Shown: positions 26,390 to 36,941, counted from the stretch's first letter. The stretch: 64,000 nucleotides of DNA from an uncultured Acidobacteriaceae bacterium (GCA_963830295.1 CAWHLT010000005.1:292202-356201); one strand, 5' to 3'. The notes: a model not told the origin generated them from the letters alone. Translations and numbers: made by a program.

Positions 26390-26485
26390 TCGCCTTGCCC
26401 GCCAATTGCCAGGAATCCACAGCCGTGGTTGTGAGTGGTGCCCGTATGCCCGTTCACTAATGAGGTGCCTTTCGACAGAGGTAAA

Positions 26486-27088
26486 TCAAGGGTGCGAATT
26501 CTGAGCTTCAGAGGGCTGCAGCAAGCGTAGTCCTCCAACCGGACACACATCTGGATACTCAGCGTCTTCAAAGGATTTTCCCTCCTTAGGCTGGAAACCT
26601 TGAAGCCAATCTACGAGTTTGGACACCGAAGCTGGAAATGGGCTCTCGCCGTCTGGATTTAGCCACTGCATGCGCCAAACTTCATGTTCCACCCAATTCC
26701 CAGCTGCATCCTGGCCGTCGCGCAAAGGAATCTCCGCTGCAAAGCTCTTGGCTTCCTGGCGAATCAGACCGCCATGGTCTCCCGACAGGCGTCGGAAGTC
26801 AGCCGCTCCCAGCAGTTTGGTCAACTGGCGAAGTTCTTCCTTCGGCATCTTGCCGTGTAGCCGCTGGGTCTGGCCGTTATCCAGCGACCGCACAATCCGA
26901 TAATCTCCATTCCGAGAAATGGCAGCACATACGTGGCGCAGATTCCCCTGCCGCACCATTCCGGAATTGTCGTAGGAAAGCCGAGCCATCAGGTCAGGAT
27001 CAGGGGGATGGTACCGTTCCTGAGCGATTGAACTTGAGGCGAGGAGAAGGGTCGCGGCTGTAAGCAGTGTTTTCGGCCGGAGACGCAT
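26486..27088 (-). CDS. Secreted hypothetical protein
   Basis: Signal peptide MRLRPKTLLTAATLLLASSSIAQ. Coding-like composition. No motif recognised. Confidence 0.5.
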   Translation of the reverse strand: MRLRPKTLLTAATLLLASSSIAQERYHPPDPDLMARLSYDNSGMVRQGNLRHVCAAISRNGDYRIVRSLDNGQTQRLHGKMPKEELRQLTKLLGAADFRRLSGDHGGLIRQEAKSFAAEIPLRDGQDAAGNWVEHEVWRMQWLNPDGESPFPASVSKLVDWLQGFQPKEGKSFEDAEYPDVCPVGGLRLLQPSEAQNSHP

Positions 27089-27263
27089 TGTGACCTCCAA
27101 AAGACTGACTTCGACATTCTATCGCCGGAACGTACCAGACCGCACTTCTTGCGAATATGCAGGGCGTCAATTGGTGATAAATCGCGATTTGGTCAACCAC
27201 TCGAAAACTGGCCACTACCATGGGGACTCAGATGACGCAGGCGCGGGAGCAAGTTAAACTCAG

Positions 27264-30046
27264 GTGTTGCCGTACACTCCGTTTCAAGTCGTTGGTCGGC
27301 TGGCTGGCGTGCGCCGCTGCCTTTTCCTTTCCTTTCTGAAACCTGCGGTAGTTCTCTTGGCGTTGATTGCGCCGGCGTGGCTGCGTGCCGACACGATCTC
27401 CGGAACCGTTCAGGATCCCTCCGGCGCGGTCATTGCCGGGGCGCGGATCGAGATCACTGGCGGAGACCTGACGCAGCCAGTCGTGCTTTCATCGGACGGA
27501 CAGGGAAAATTTGCGTCCCTGGATCTCAAGGCTGGAACGTACTCCGTGCGCGTCACTCGGGAAGGTTTCGAGCCTCTGGTGAAGACTGTGATGTTGCCCG
27601 GAGCGGGCCCGTTGTTACTGACGCTCAGCATTGCGACACAACAGGAAGTCATCTCAGTTCCGGGGAGGAGCCTGGCATTCGCCAACTCCGACCCGGTTTA
27701 CCGGCAACTCCGCGGCCTTGGGCTGGGCGAAACGTTTCGCTTCGACAATTTCACTTTGATTTGGGATGCTGCGACCTTCCGGTTTCAGAAAGGCACACTC
27801 ACATTCCTGAGTCCGGTGAACGGAGTTGTGACTGGCGCAGTCTTCATCGGAGAAGGACATTTCAACCTCAAGCCGGTAATTTCTCTCGACGCCCGCGAAC
27901 TGAACCGGCGCATTGGCGCGGGCGAGGTCTAGCGAAGACTTCACTGAGGCGGTTTTCCGGTTTACGGGGGACGCTCACACGAGGTTCCTTCCTGGCTTGG
28001 GGGATAGAACAGAAGCGCCCGAGGCCGGCGCTGTTCTCAGCCACTGGCGCGAGAAGATGCGGCAGCGCCGCGAGCAGGCCGCTGGGTTTTACTCAGTATC
28101 TGCTGCAGGGCGAGACCATGGACAACGTGGACGCCGACATTCTGGCCGCGGTCTACAATCCCGCGCATCCGGAATTCTTCAATGCCTATCTCCGCGGCAA
28201 GAAGCACAAAGATCTTCGTTTTTTCGTGAGGAATCGCGTGGGGGCGCTGCCGCAACTCGATTCACCCGAGGAAGTCGCGCTGATCAACTACGATCCGGAA
28301 GGCTTGGACGACGGCGTCTGGTACCTGGCGCACTTGAAGTCGGAATACTTAAGCCACACGGCAAGTTCCGCTGAAGATCGACGCCTGTTTGCCACGCACC
28401 GCTACAAGATCGAAACCGTCATTGCGAAGAACGGGCATTTGTTCAGCAGCGCCACCATCAGCTTCGAGCCTCTGGTCGCGGGCGAACGAGTGCTGAAGTT
28501 CTGGCTTGCTGCCGAATCTGCGGGTCACGCGGGTTACCGACGATCAGGGTCAGGATCTTTATTTCATTCAGGAAAGCCGCAAAGAGGATGGTTCGTTCTA
28601 CGCCATACTTCCGCAGGCGCCGCCGCTCGGCAAGGAACAGTCGATCAATGTCGAGTACGCGGGCGACAAGGTGCTGGCAGAAGCGGGAGAAGGAAGTTTC
28701 TACGTGACTGCCCGAACTTCCTGGTATCCGAATCTGAATGGATTTGGTGAAAAAGCTCTTTATGATCTGACGTTCAAGGTTCCGCGGAAATACAAAGTCA
28801 TCAGCGTGGGGCAACTGAAGGCAGAATCGATTGAGGGCGACCTGGCAGTGAGCCACTGGGTCACGCCGATCCCCGTGGCGGTGGCCGGATTCAACTATGG
28901 CGAGTACGTGAAGCTCGATCTGCCAGACGACATAACCGGCTATAAGATTTCGGGCTACTACCTGAACGAGTTGCCCGACAACATGCGCAGTATCGCGTGC
29001 GCTCCAGTCGCTGGCGCCGCGCAGCATGACGAAATATGCTCTCGAACAGACTCGCGCCCAGTTGCAGCTTTGCACTTATTATTTTGGCAAAAGTCCTTAC
29101 GAGGAAATCTACGTCACGGAGCAGCCGAATTTTAATTTCGGGCAATCCTGGCCCAACCTGGTTTACCTTCCCATCTCCGCCTACACCGATTCGACCCAGC
29201 GATGGATGCTCTTCGGACAGATCAACACCAAGTTCACCGGCTTCGTGCAGGAAGTAACCCCTCACGAAGTTTCGCACCAGTGGTGGGGACACGCTGTGGG
29301 CTGGGCGTCTTACCACGACCAGTGGCTGTCAGAGGGTTTTGCGGAGTTCTCCGCGGGGCTGTTTCTGCAGCAGGCAGTGGCCGGAGACTGGCGGAAGGAT
29401 TACATCGAATTCTGGGAGCGCTTGCGCAAGCGCATTCTGGAGAAGAATAATTTCGGCGTCGCTCCCAACGACGCCGGGCCGCTGTGGATGGGGCTGCGGC
29501 TGATTTCTCCGCGCACCGAGAGTGCCTACCAGAACGTCACCTATCCCAAGGGCGCCTACGTCCTGCAAATGTTGCGTTCGATGATGCGCGGCACTCAGGA
29601 CGAGGATAAGGACAAAGACGCGGCATTCATTGCGATGATGCACGACTTTGTGGAGAGCCATCGCGAGAAGCCGGCAACCACGGAATCTTTCAAGGCCATT
29701 GCCGAGAAACACATGACCAAGTCTATGGATCTCGGCAGAAACGGCCGCCTGGACTGGTTCTTCGACGAGTGGGTCTATGGCACGCAGGTGCCGCGATACC
29801 ACTTCGAATATCAGACTCACTCCGGCCGAGGGCGGCAAGGTGAAGGTGCACATGACGATCATCCAGAGCGAAGTTGACGAACACTTTGCCATGCTGGTTC
29901 CCGTGTTCGCCGACTTTGGCAAAGGCATGATCCGCCTTAGCCAATACGCGATGGTCGGCAACAGCACTCGCGACGTCGATATCATCGTGCCCTTCCAGCC
30001 GAAGAAAGTCGCGTTGAATGCTTACAAAGAGATTCTGGAGCGGTGA
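27264..30046 (+). pseudogene. M1-family aminopeptidase with N-terminal carboxypeptidase-regulatory-like domain, five frameshifts
   Basis: ISGTVQDPSGAVIAGARIEI..GTYSVRVTREGFEP at the N-terminus. HEVSHQWWG-x18-WLSEGFAEF is the gluzincin motif. Continuity requires frame switches near 27928, 28080, 28500, 28992 and 29815 (ORFs 27264, 27913, 27377, 28506, 29026, 29777). Confidence 0.8.
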
Positions 30047-30060
30047 GGAAAGAGTCCACG

Positions 30061-30504
30061 TCAGTGCGGCAAATACCCTGATTCCATGGGCAGTTTGCCG
30101 TCGACCTTTACCACGTGGATGGTGTTGTCGATGGAGTGGATTTCCACCAGGCCAATTGCTCCGGGAGTGTACTGCACAAGGCGGATTACGTCGGCGTCTG
30201 ACTCTGCCATGAGGATCGAATCCTTGTGAGTGGCGATGAGGGCCTTCAATTCCGCGGGACTCATCTTGATCAGGCGCTCGAGCGTTTCGGTTTCGCCCTC
30301 GGAGTCTTTGTGCAGAACAAGGATTACGGCTTTGCCGTCGGGCCACTTTTTAATCTCTGCGCGCAACATTTTTCCTAAATGCACAGCCGTGACGTTTTCC
30401 ACCTTATTCTCTTTGTTGACCACGACGGCCATGTGGTGGGCAAAACAAGGTGTGAAGAACATCAGGAGAAACACAGGAAGCAAAGCGACCCGCTGAAATC
30501 TCAT
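30061..30504 (-). CDS. Small secreted protein with PstS/PBP-like domain fragment
   Basis: Signal peptide MRFQRVALLPVFLLMFFTPCFA. IKKWPDG and YTPGAIGLVE resemble phosphate-binding-protein-like domains. Tentative. Confidence 0.4.
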   Translation of the reverse strand: MRFQRVALLPVFLLMFFTPCFAHHMAVVVNKENKVENVTAVHLGKMLRAEIKKWPDGKAVILVLHKDSEGETETLERLIKMSPAELKALIATHKDSILMAESDADVIRLVQYTPGAIGLVEIHSIDNTIHVVKVDGKLPMESGYLPH

Positions 30505-30652
30505 AAGCACATCCAATTTCAAAGCGTCGTGACGTGAAGTGCTACAACGAGGCTAACTCAGAATTCCGCGGCCTCAAGTAAAAACATTGTCAAATGCGGG
30601 AGCGTACCAAGGTTGGAAACATCTGCTTACTGCGAGTGCTTACTGCGAGGGC

Positions 30653-31198
30653 TTACTGCGGACTCCAGGTCAGATCTATGCGCACCGGAATTTCGTTCTT
30701 CACCTTGATCGACAGGAGCGAAGGCGGGTCAATCTTGAAATCGGTGAGCGTCGCAGGTATCGTCCCGGTAATTCGTATCCCCTTCCCTTGTCTAACGAGT
30801 TGGAATGGAACCTGTTTGTACTGGGCGGTCTGGCCGGCGAATTGGATTTCAAGATCGGCCTGAATGGTGGCGGAGGCGGAGGCGGATTCCGGCAGCCGCG
30901 TGCGCACCGTGACCATGGGAAATTCTGCGCCTCGCGTCACCTGAATCATGTGAAGATCGCGGTTGCTGTCGCCCGAATCGAAAGATTTGACCTGGACGGC
31001 GATGAGGAAGTCGCACTGTCCCTCGTGGCAAACCCCTTTGCCGCGGGCCTCATGGCTGACACCTTCAGACTCGTGCAGCGTATGTGATACGTGATAAGTG
31101 AGAGTGCCCTGTTGCAGAACCCATTGACTGTCGGCGGCGGAGGCTAGCTGCGGAAGAGCCAGGAGCAGGCATGCGGCGATTCTGGTAAGCAACGTCAT
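30653..31198 (-). CDS. YceI family periplasmic protein
   Basis: Signal peptide, then VKSFDSGDSNRDLHM matching the YceI core motif region. 181 aa. Confidence 0.8.
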   Translation of the reverse strand: MTLLTRIAACLLLALPQLASAADSQWVLQQGTLTYHVSHTLHESEGVSHEARGKGVCHEGQCDFLIAVQVKSFDSGDSNRDLHMIQVTRGAEFPMVTVRTRLPESASASATIQADLEIQFAGQTAQYKQVPFQLVRQGKGIRITGTIPATLTDFKIDPPSLLSIKVKNEIPVRIDLTWSPQ

Positions 31199-31204
31199 AA
31201 CATT

Positions 31205-31936
31205 TCAGAACTTCACAGAAACTGACAGCAGCGCGGCGCCGAACGCTCCTGCGGTAACAATGGCTACCGGCCCATGCGCCTGGGCGATTCCATGAACTTT
31301 CTCCCCTTTGTTCTTTTGATCGAAGGCCATGATCCCCAGAATGGGCGTCGCAATCATTCCGGGGCCGTGTATCCAGGCCATGACCTTGTGGAAACGGATG
31401 GGACCGCGAGTCTCGGTTCCCGGCACTCGGGGCGCGCGAATCGCGTAGTAAGCAGTCATGAAATACAAATCCCCGGTAAGCCCGCCGAGAGCCGTGTGCA
31501 GGTCGCGAGAGGCCGTGCTCGTATTCTTGCCTCCGGCGTTGAGCGAGGTAACGACGGTGGCGATGAGCGGAATTGTAGTGATCAGGCCCAACCGTTGATG
31601 CACTTTGAGCATGTGCGTCCGCTTGTCGAGCAAGGCCTGTCGCTGAGCATCGCCTTGCGCTTGAGAGGCGGAAAAGCCAAGGTCTTCTAACGAAGGCTCG
31701 GTTTTGGTGCTCGAGGGGGCATTGGGCAGATCATTAGGAGGCTTGGTAGCCGGCTGCTGTCCGGGTTGCGGTTTGTCTTGTGATTGTGGCGTTGTTTTCT
31801 GATCCTGCGCTGCTGGCTTCTGGGCACCCTGAGTACTGGATGTTGCCGGGTCAGGAGTTTGCGCGAAAGACAGGAATGGAACGCCAAACAGACACAGGGC
31901 CGTCAGCGCAATGGTTCCTTTCTGGATCGCTTTCAC
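31205..31936 (-). CDS. Membrane protein with a Pro/Gln-rich periplasmic region and 4 His-containing TM helices (possibly cytochrome b561-like)
   Basis: GTG at 31936 gives the signal-like VKAIQKGTIALTALCLFGVPFLSFAQ. The C-terminal half has 4 hydrophobic helices carrying His. The start is uncertain; the listed ORF runs to 32104 and overlaps the EamA gene. Confidence 0.4.
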   Translation of the reverse strand: MKAIQKGTIALTALCLFGVPFLSFAQTPDPATSSTQGAQKPAAQDQKTTPQSQDKPQPGQQPATKPPNDLPNAPSSTKTEPSLEDLGFSASQAQGDAQRQALLDKRTHMLKVHQRLGLITTIPLIATVVTSLNAGGKNTSTASRDLHTALGGLTGDLYFMTAYYAIRAPRVPGTETRGPIRFHKVMAWIHGPGMIATPILGIMAFDQKNKGEKVHGIAQAHGPVAIVTAGAFGAALLSVSVKF

Positions 31937-32081
31937 GACGATTGCAGACCTCCGGTACAAGATCAAATCATCGAAGCCAGACTGGAATGCAGCCCCGCGA
32001 ATGCTAGGGATAGATGCGGCCCTTGCGGCACGGGATGCCTGTCTATCCGAAAGCCTGAGTCGCAAGGCTACTTTGGGAATT

Positions 32082-33143
32082 CTACTCGATCGGCTCGACC
32101 ACAACGAAATCTTCGGCGACCCTGCGGCTGGGGCGCTGCACGATCACGATAGCCGCGAGAACAAAGATAATTCCCACGGTCTGGATCGGGCGCAGCACTT
32201 CTCCTAACAACAGAGCGGCGAGAACAATGGAGAATACGGGCTCCAGACAGCTGGCGATGATGGCGCGCGTCGGCTCGAGATGCTGCAGGCCGAGGAAGTA
32301 AAGCGAGAACGCGCCGAGCACCGAGATCATCGAGAACACAAACAGGAACAGCCATTGCGCCGGTGCGTAGTGGGCGGCAATGACGTTCCACGGAGGATTG
32401 ACGACCAGCCAGAAAGCAGCGGCGGCGGCGAGCGTCCAAACCAGCACGCGCCAGCGATCGTAGCGAGCGAGAATACGATGCCCGCTGATGTTGTAAAAGG
32501 CGAAGGAGAATGAGGCGAGCAGAGCGGCGATCAGGCCATAGGAATCGAGGCGCAACGCGCGTCCTTCACTTGATTTTGTTCCGGCGATGCCGATTACCAG
32601 CGCGATTCCGGCAACTGCCAGCGCCACGGCAACCACTTTTTGCAATGACAGTTTCTGCTGACGGCGAGCCACTACATAGAACAGAACCCACACTGGGGCG
32701 GTGTATTGCACGATGATGGCGGTGGCAACATTCGTTCTCTGAATGGCGACATAATAAAAGTAATTCGAGACCGCGACTCCGAGTGTCCCCAGAAGAAAGC
32801 AGTAAGCCAGATCGCGCGCGGGGAGCTTGATGCGCTGCCACCCTTGCGATGCGACAAGAAGAGGGAGCAACACAAGCAGCGAGAATGTGGTGCGGGTCTG
32901 CGAGAGGATGAGTGGATCGATCGGGCGCAACGCGGCTGAACTTAACGGCAGCTTTCCGGTAAAAACAGCGCGCCCGAGGGCAGCGGAGACTCCCCAGAGA
33001 AACGCCGCCGAGGCGATGAAAAAATAACCACGCAGAGGATGCGGGCGCGGGCCTTGCTGTGTTGACTCCGGCTGATTTGAGTTTGGGATATCGCCCTCTC
33101 GCGAATGGTTTCGATGATCAGGCAGCCGGGAGGAAGGGGTCAA
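32082..33143 (-). CDS. EamA/DMT family transporter
   Basis: Ten hydrophobic helices in two EamA-like halves (FIASAAFLWGVSAALGR..). Confidence 0.8.
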   Translation of the reverse strand: MTPSSRLPDHRNHSREGDIPNSNQPESTQQGPRPHPLRGYFFIASAAFLWGVSAALGRAVFTGKLPLSSAALRPIDPLILSQTRTTFSLLVLLPLLVASQGWQRIKLPARDLAYCFLLGTLGVAVSNYFYYVAIQRTNVATAIIVQYTAPVWVLFYVVARRQQKLSLQKVVAVALAVAGIALVIGIAGTKSSEGRALRLDSYGLIAALLASFSFAFYNISGHRILARYDRWRVLVWTLAAAAAFWLVVNPPWNVIAAHYAPAQWLFLFVFSMISVLGAFSLYFLGLQHLEPTRAIIASCLEPVFSIVLAALLLGEVLRPIQTVGIIFVLAAIVIVQRPSRRVAEDFVVVEPIE

Positions 33144-33154
33144 GGCGCGACCGT

Positions 33155-33556
33155 CTACGCGTCCACATATTCGATTTCAAATGTGATTTTCGCGGTCTTC
33201 TCGAGCATGGCCGAGACGGAACAGTATTTTTCCTTGGAGAGGCGGACCGCATCCTCAACTGCCTTGCGAGACACTTTGCCACCGACGCGGTAGATCAGCT
33301 TGATTTCTGTATAGACAGAAGGCGGATCGGCGGCGCGCTCGGCTTCGGCGCGGACGTCGAGGCTGGTAAATGGCTCGCGCTTTTTCTGCAGAATGGAGAC
33401 GACGTCGTAACCAGTGCAGCCGCAGAGGCCGATGAGCACGAGTTCCATCGGGCTGTTCCCTGCTGCTTTGTCACCATCGACCACGATCTGGTGTCCGCTG
33501 TCAGAGATGCCGCTGAAACGGTGTGTTTCAATCCATGTTGTGCGAGCTTCGGTCAT
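33155..33556 (-). CDS. OsmC family protein
   Basis: SPMELVLIGLCGCTGYDVVSILQK with paired Cys, typical of OsmC/Ohr. 133 aa. Confidence 0.85.
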   Translation of the reverse strand: MTEARTTWIETHRFSGISDSGHQIVVDGDKAAGNSPMELVLIGLCGCTGYDVVSILQKKREPFTSLDVRAEAERAADPPSVYTEIKLIYRVGGKVSRKAVEDAVRLSKEKYCSVSAMLEKTAKITFEIEYVDA

Positions 33557-33591
33557 GAAACCTTCCTACTCTCGACGTCTATTTTACAAAT

Positions 33592-33948
33592 CTAAGAATG
33601 CAATCTCCAGGCTGGAATCAGCGAATCGTAATGGAGCGCTGAACTTAACAAGACATGGAACACGATGTAGATCGCCCAGATTAGGACGTAGGCGAAGAGC
33701 ATCTTCCGCAGTGTCCTCAGAACATACCACAGCAGAAAAAAGTCCAGAGGAATCGGCGCAGCGACGACCAGCCAAATCGGTGCGCCCATACTTTGCACGC
33801 TGTAACCGATGAGGCAGACGAAGCACCCGATCGCCAGCGAGGCGAAGACGTGAACTTGCTTATCGACCAGGTACATACCTAAACCCCAGGACAATGCAGT
33901 GAAGAGGATCGCAATGTCCAGCAGAATGGGCGCGGGCAATGAGTTCAT
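33592..33948 (-). CDS. Small integral membrane protein (about 4 TM), hypothetical
   Basis: Hydrophobic 118-aa ORF, 5 nt downstream of the CDF gene on the same strand. Confidence 0.45.
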   Translation of the reverse strand: MNSLPAPILLDIAILFTALSWGLGMYLVDKQVHVFASLAIGCFVCLIGYSVQSMGAPIWLVVAAPIPLDFFLLWYVLRTLRKMLFAYVLIWAIYIVFHVLLSSALHYDSLIPAWRLHS

Positions 33949-33952
33949 AACT

Positions 33953-35383
33953 TCATCTTCTGTTGTCGGTGCTGGGTTCGGGATGAATCAGCACGCGAAA
34001 CAATTCCGGCGCGGCCTGCTTGAATTTGATTTCGAGTTCGGTTTGGATGTCGTGGACGCGGGCGAGCGACAAATCGTCGGAGAGCGTGCAATGGCACGAA
34101 ACATAAAGGCGCCCGCGAACCAGTTTGATGATGAAGTCATGCACATCAAGAATTTCCGGAAACTGCCCTGCTACTGATTTCAAACGGCGCTCGAGATCGG
34201 CGTCGCGCACCAGTTCGTCGCCGGTTTCAATGGTCGCGGGTTCGCTTTCGATGTGCGTGAGGATGTCGGCAATCTCGGGCACGTCGTGGCGCATGTCGGC
34301 TTCGAGTTCCGTGACCTGGTCGTGAGCGGTTTTCAGGGTCAGGTTTTCGTCGAGTTCAACATGCTGTTCGACATGGAGATGGCCGTTGAGATCCTGCACG
34401 CTGATGTCGTGGACGTTGAGGTTGTGGCGAGTGGCGACGGCGCGAATGCGGTCGAAGATATTCTCCGAACGCTGCGCGCGTGGAAGCGGTTGAACGGTGA
34501 CGTCAGCGTCGGGAAGGATGCTGTGAACAGCGGCAGTTACAGCGGCTACTAACTGTTCGGATCGTTGGAAGGTTACAGTGCGGGCAAATCCTACGGCGAG
34601 ATCGGCGAAGTAGCGGTTGCCGGCGCGGCGAATGCGCACGCGTCCGATTTCGAGCACGCCGTCAACGTGCGAGACTGCGTCGGTGATCTGGGCGCGAACT
34701 CCAGCGGGAGCTGCGTCGAGCAGGGCGTCGACAGTGCGGCGCGCGAGTCTCCAGCTTACGGAGACGATCACTCCAGCGACGAACAGCGCTGCTATTGGAT
34801 CGGCTAGGCGAAGCCAATCGAGATGATAGATGCGGCCCAGCAGGATCAAGATAAGGCCGAGAACGACTACGCCTGCGGACCAAACATCGGTTGAGAAGTG
34901 CAGCGCGTCGGCTTCGAGAGCCTGGCTTTCGTACTTGGTGGCGATGCGGCCGAGCGCGCGCGAGCGCCATACATCGACGAGCATCGATATCAACATTACG
35001 GCGAAAGCCCAGATGGAAGGCTCGACTTCAACGTGGCGGAAGAACAGGCGCATGACCGCTTCGTAGACAACCCACGCGCAAGTCAGCAGAAGCAAGCCGG
35101 TTTCCACGAAAGCGGAAAAATTCTCGACCTTGCCGTGACCGTACTGGTGGTCGGCGTCGGCGGGCTTGTCGGAAACTCCGACAGAAAAATACGTTAATAA
35201 CGCTGCGACCAGATCGAGGGCGGAGTGCGCTGCTTCGGAGAGGATTCCCAGGCTACCGGTGGTTACTCCGACTACGATTTTCCCGGCGGTGATGAATAGC
35301 GCGGCCAGGACCGAGTTTCCGGCGACTGCGCGCTTTTCGGCGCGCATGGCGTTGGGCGAGTACAGGGCCGGAGTCCCGGACAT
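33953..35383 (-). CDS. Cation diffusion facilitator (CDF) transporter with three tandem C-terminal cytoplasmic domains
   Basis: The TM domain has HSALDLVAALL and HGKVENFSAF motifs. It is followed by three segments that each fit the ZT_dimer pattern (..V..VHD/R-x..G....V..H..V....T...AH.I...E......P....V.IH.EP). Confidence 0.85.
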   Translation of the reverse strand: MSGTPALYSPNAMRAEKRAVAGNSVLAALFITAGKIVVGVTTGSLGILSEAAHSALDLVAALLTYFSVGVSDKPADADHQYGHGKVENFSAFVETGLLLLTCAWVVYEAVMRLFFRHVEVEPSIWAFAVMLISMLVDVWRSRALGRIATKYESQALEADALHFSTDVWSAGVVVLGLILILLGRIYHLDWLRLADPIAALFVAGVIVSVSWRLARRTVDALLDAAPAGVRAQITDAVSHVDGVLEIGRVRIRRAGNRYFADLAVGFARTVTFQRSEQLVAAVTAAVHSILPDADVTVQPLPRAQRSENIFDRIRAVATRHNLNVHDISVQDLNGHLHVEQHVELDENLTLKTAHDQVTELEADMRHDVPEIADILTHIESEPATIETGDELVRDADLERRLKSVAGQFPEILDVHDFIIKLVRGRLYVSCHCTLSDDLSLARVHDIQTELEIKFKQAAPELFRVLIHPEPSTDNRR

Positions 35384-35610
35384 GATGGGATTATCGCTGG
35401 TTAGCTTGGCTTGCGCCAGTTTATCCAGTGTGCCGGGTATCTAGCTCCTAAGCTCCTAGCTGCTGGCTAATGACGAATGGGCTAACGAGAGGGCAGAGAG
35501 ACACAGGGTAAATCTTTTTATTTTATTGTTATCCGGAGGACCGCGTTTTCTGCGGGCTGAGCGGCCTGTGGATTTGCCGGCAGCGCCCCTGGCGCCAGCG
35601 AGTTGCACAG

Positions 35611-35665
35611 GTCCTTCCTCAGGAGTCCCCGGCTTCGCCGAGGACTCCGCTTCGTCAGGATGACA
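35611..35665. repeat. Class A repeat copy (reverse orientation)
   Basis: Reverse complement reads TGTCATCCTGACGAAGCGGAGTCCTCGGCGAAGCCGGGGACTCCTGAGGAAGGAC. Confidence 0.75.
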
Positions 35666-35676
35666 ATCGGTGGCCG

Positions 35677-36941
35677 TTAGGGCGTAATTTTGAAGACTGT
35701 GCCGTTGTTGTAGGTGCCGCCGTAGATTGTGGTGCCGTAGAGATTGCCGGCGGAATCGGGGATGAGCCGGCGGTGGACTGCTGGCCGTCGATGCCGTCGT
35801 CGGCGAAGTTATGCAGAATGACTTCGGTCCAGGTCCCAGTGGCGGGCTCGAGTTCGAAGACAATCCCGCAGCCGATTACGATGCCGATTTGAGTGCACTG
35901 GCCGGATCCGCCATCGAGGGTGGTGCCGTAGAGGTTGCCGGCGGAATCAAAGATCAGATTGGATTGGGGGTTGAAGCCATCGGCGCCGCCGTTGTAATTG
36001 AAGCTGTACAGAATGGTTTCGGTCCAACTGCCGCCCGAGGATGGCGACAATTTGAAGACGACGCCGGCGCCCTGTGGCCCGCCGCCAGCGGTGGTGCCGT
36101 AGAGATTGCCGGCGGAATCGAAAACCAGGGTGGCCATGGGATTGGTGCCGTCGCTGCCGTCGGGATTGAAGTCGTGCAGATCCGTCTCGATCCATTCCCC
36201 GCTGTGGTTCGTCAAAACAAAAACGGTGCCGAAGTTGTGAGCGCCGCCGTCGTTGGTGGTGCCGTAGAGATTTCCGGCGGAGTCGAAGACGAGGCCGCCC
36301 CTGGGGTCGGCGCCGTTGTATTTATGAAAGTTGTTAAGCACATCTTCGGTCCATGGACCGCGGGTTGTGGGGATCAATTTGAAAACCGCACCGTCATCGT
36401 TCCTGCCGGCGGATTGGGCAGTGCCGTAAAGATTGCCTTGCGAATCCATAATCAGGCCAGAGTAGGGAGTGTCGCCTTCAGGGCCAAACTTGAAGCTGAA
36501 TAACGCCCGCTCACCCCAGGTGCCACCGGGTCTTGGGACTAGCTGGAAAACCATACCCTTGTTATTGAGGCCACCGTATGCGGTGGTGCCGTACAGATTG
36601 CCGGCGCCATCGAAGATCAGCGCGCCGGTGGGGACTTTTCCATCGAAGGCGCTATTGCCAAAGCTGTACAGGGTTTTCTCGGTCCAGCCGCCGCCGGATT
36701 GTGGCATAAGCTCGAAGACTGTGCCGTAGCCGTTGGCACCGCCTGCGGCGGCCACGCCATAGAGATTACCGGCCGCGTCAAAGGTCACGTTTGTCACGGG
36801 ATTGATTCCGTCCGCACTGGTGCTGCCGAAGCTGTACAGAACGCTTTCCTGGGCGGCGGCGCGCGTGCCTGCCAAAAGTTGAGTGAATGTAAGGATCGCC
36901 AACATTGCTGTCGTTGCGACCGAGAATTTGCTGCCTTGCAT
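35677..36941 (-). pseudogene. Secreted GloVer (Gloeo_Verruco) repeat protein, one frameshift near the 3-prime end
   Basis: About 8 repeats of G..P.G.L.FD.AGNLYGTT..GG..G.GTVF.L. The last repeat reads LIPDSAGNLYGTTIYGGTYNNGTVFKITP-stop (stop 35677-35679) only after a 1-nt shift near 35763-35772. Start is ATG 36941 with GGGAGA upstream. Confidence 0.75.

Noticed and set aside
27377-28080. N-terminal 230 aa of the 457-aa ORF 27377..28750
   Set aside because: This part is Arg/Gly-rich out-of-frame translation that overlaps the real M1 peptidase frames. Only the part after about 28080 is genuine.
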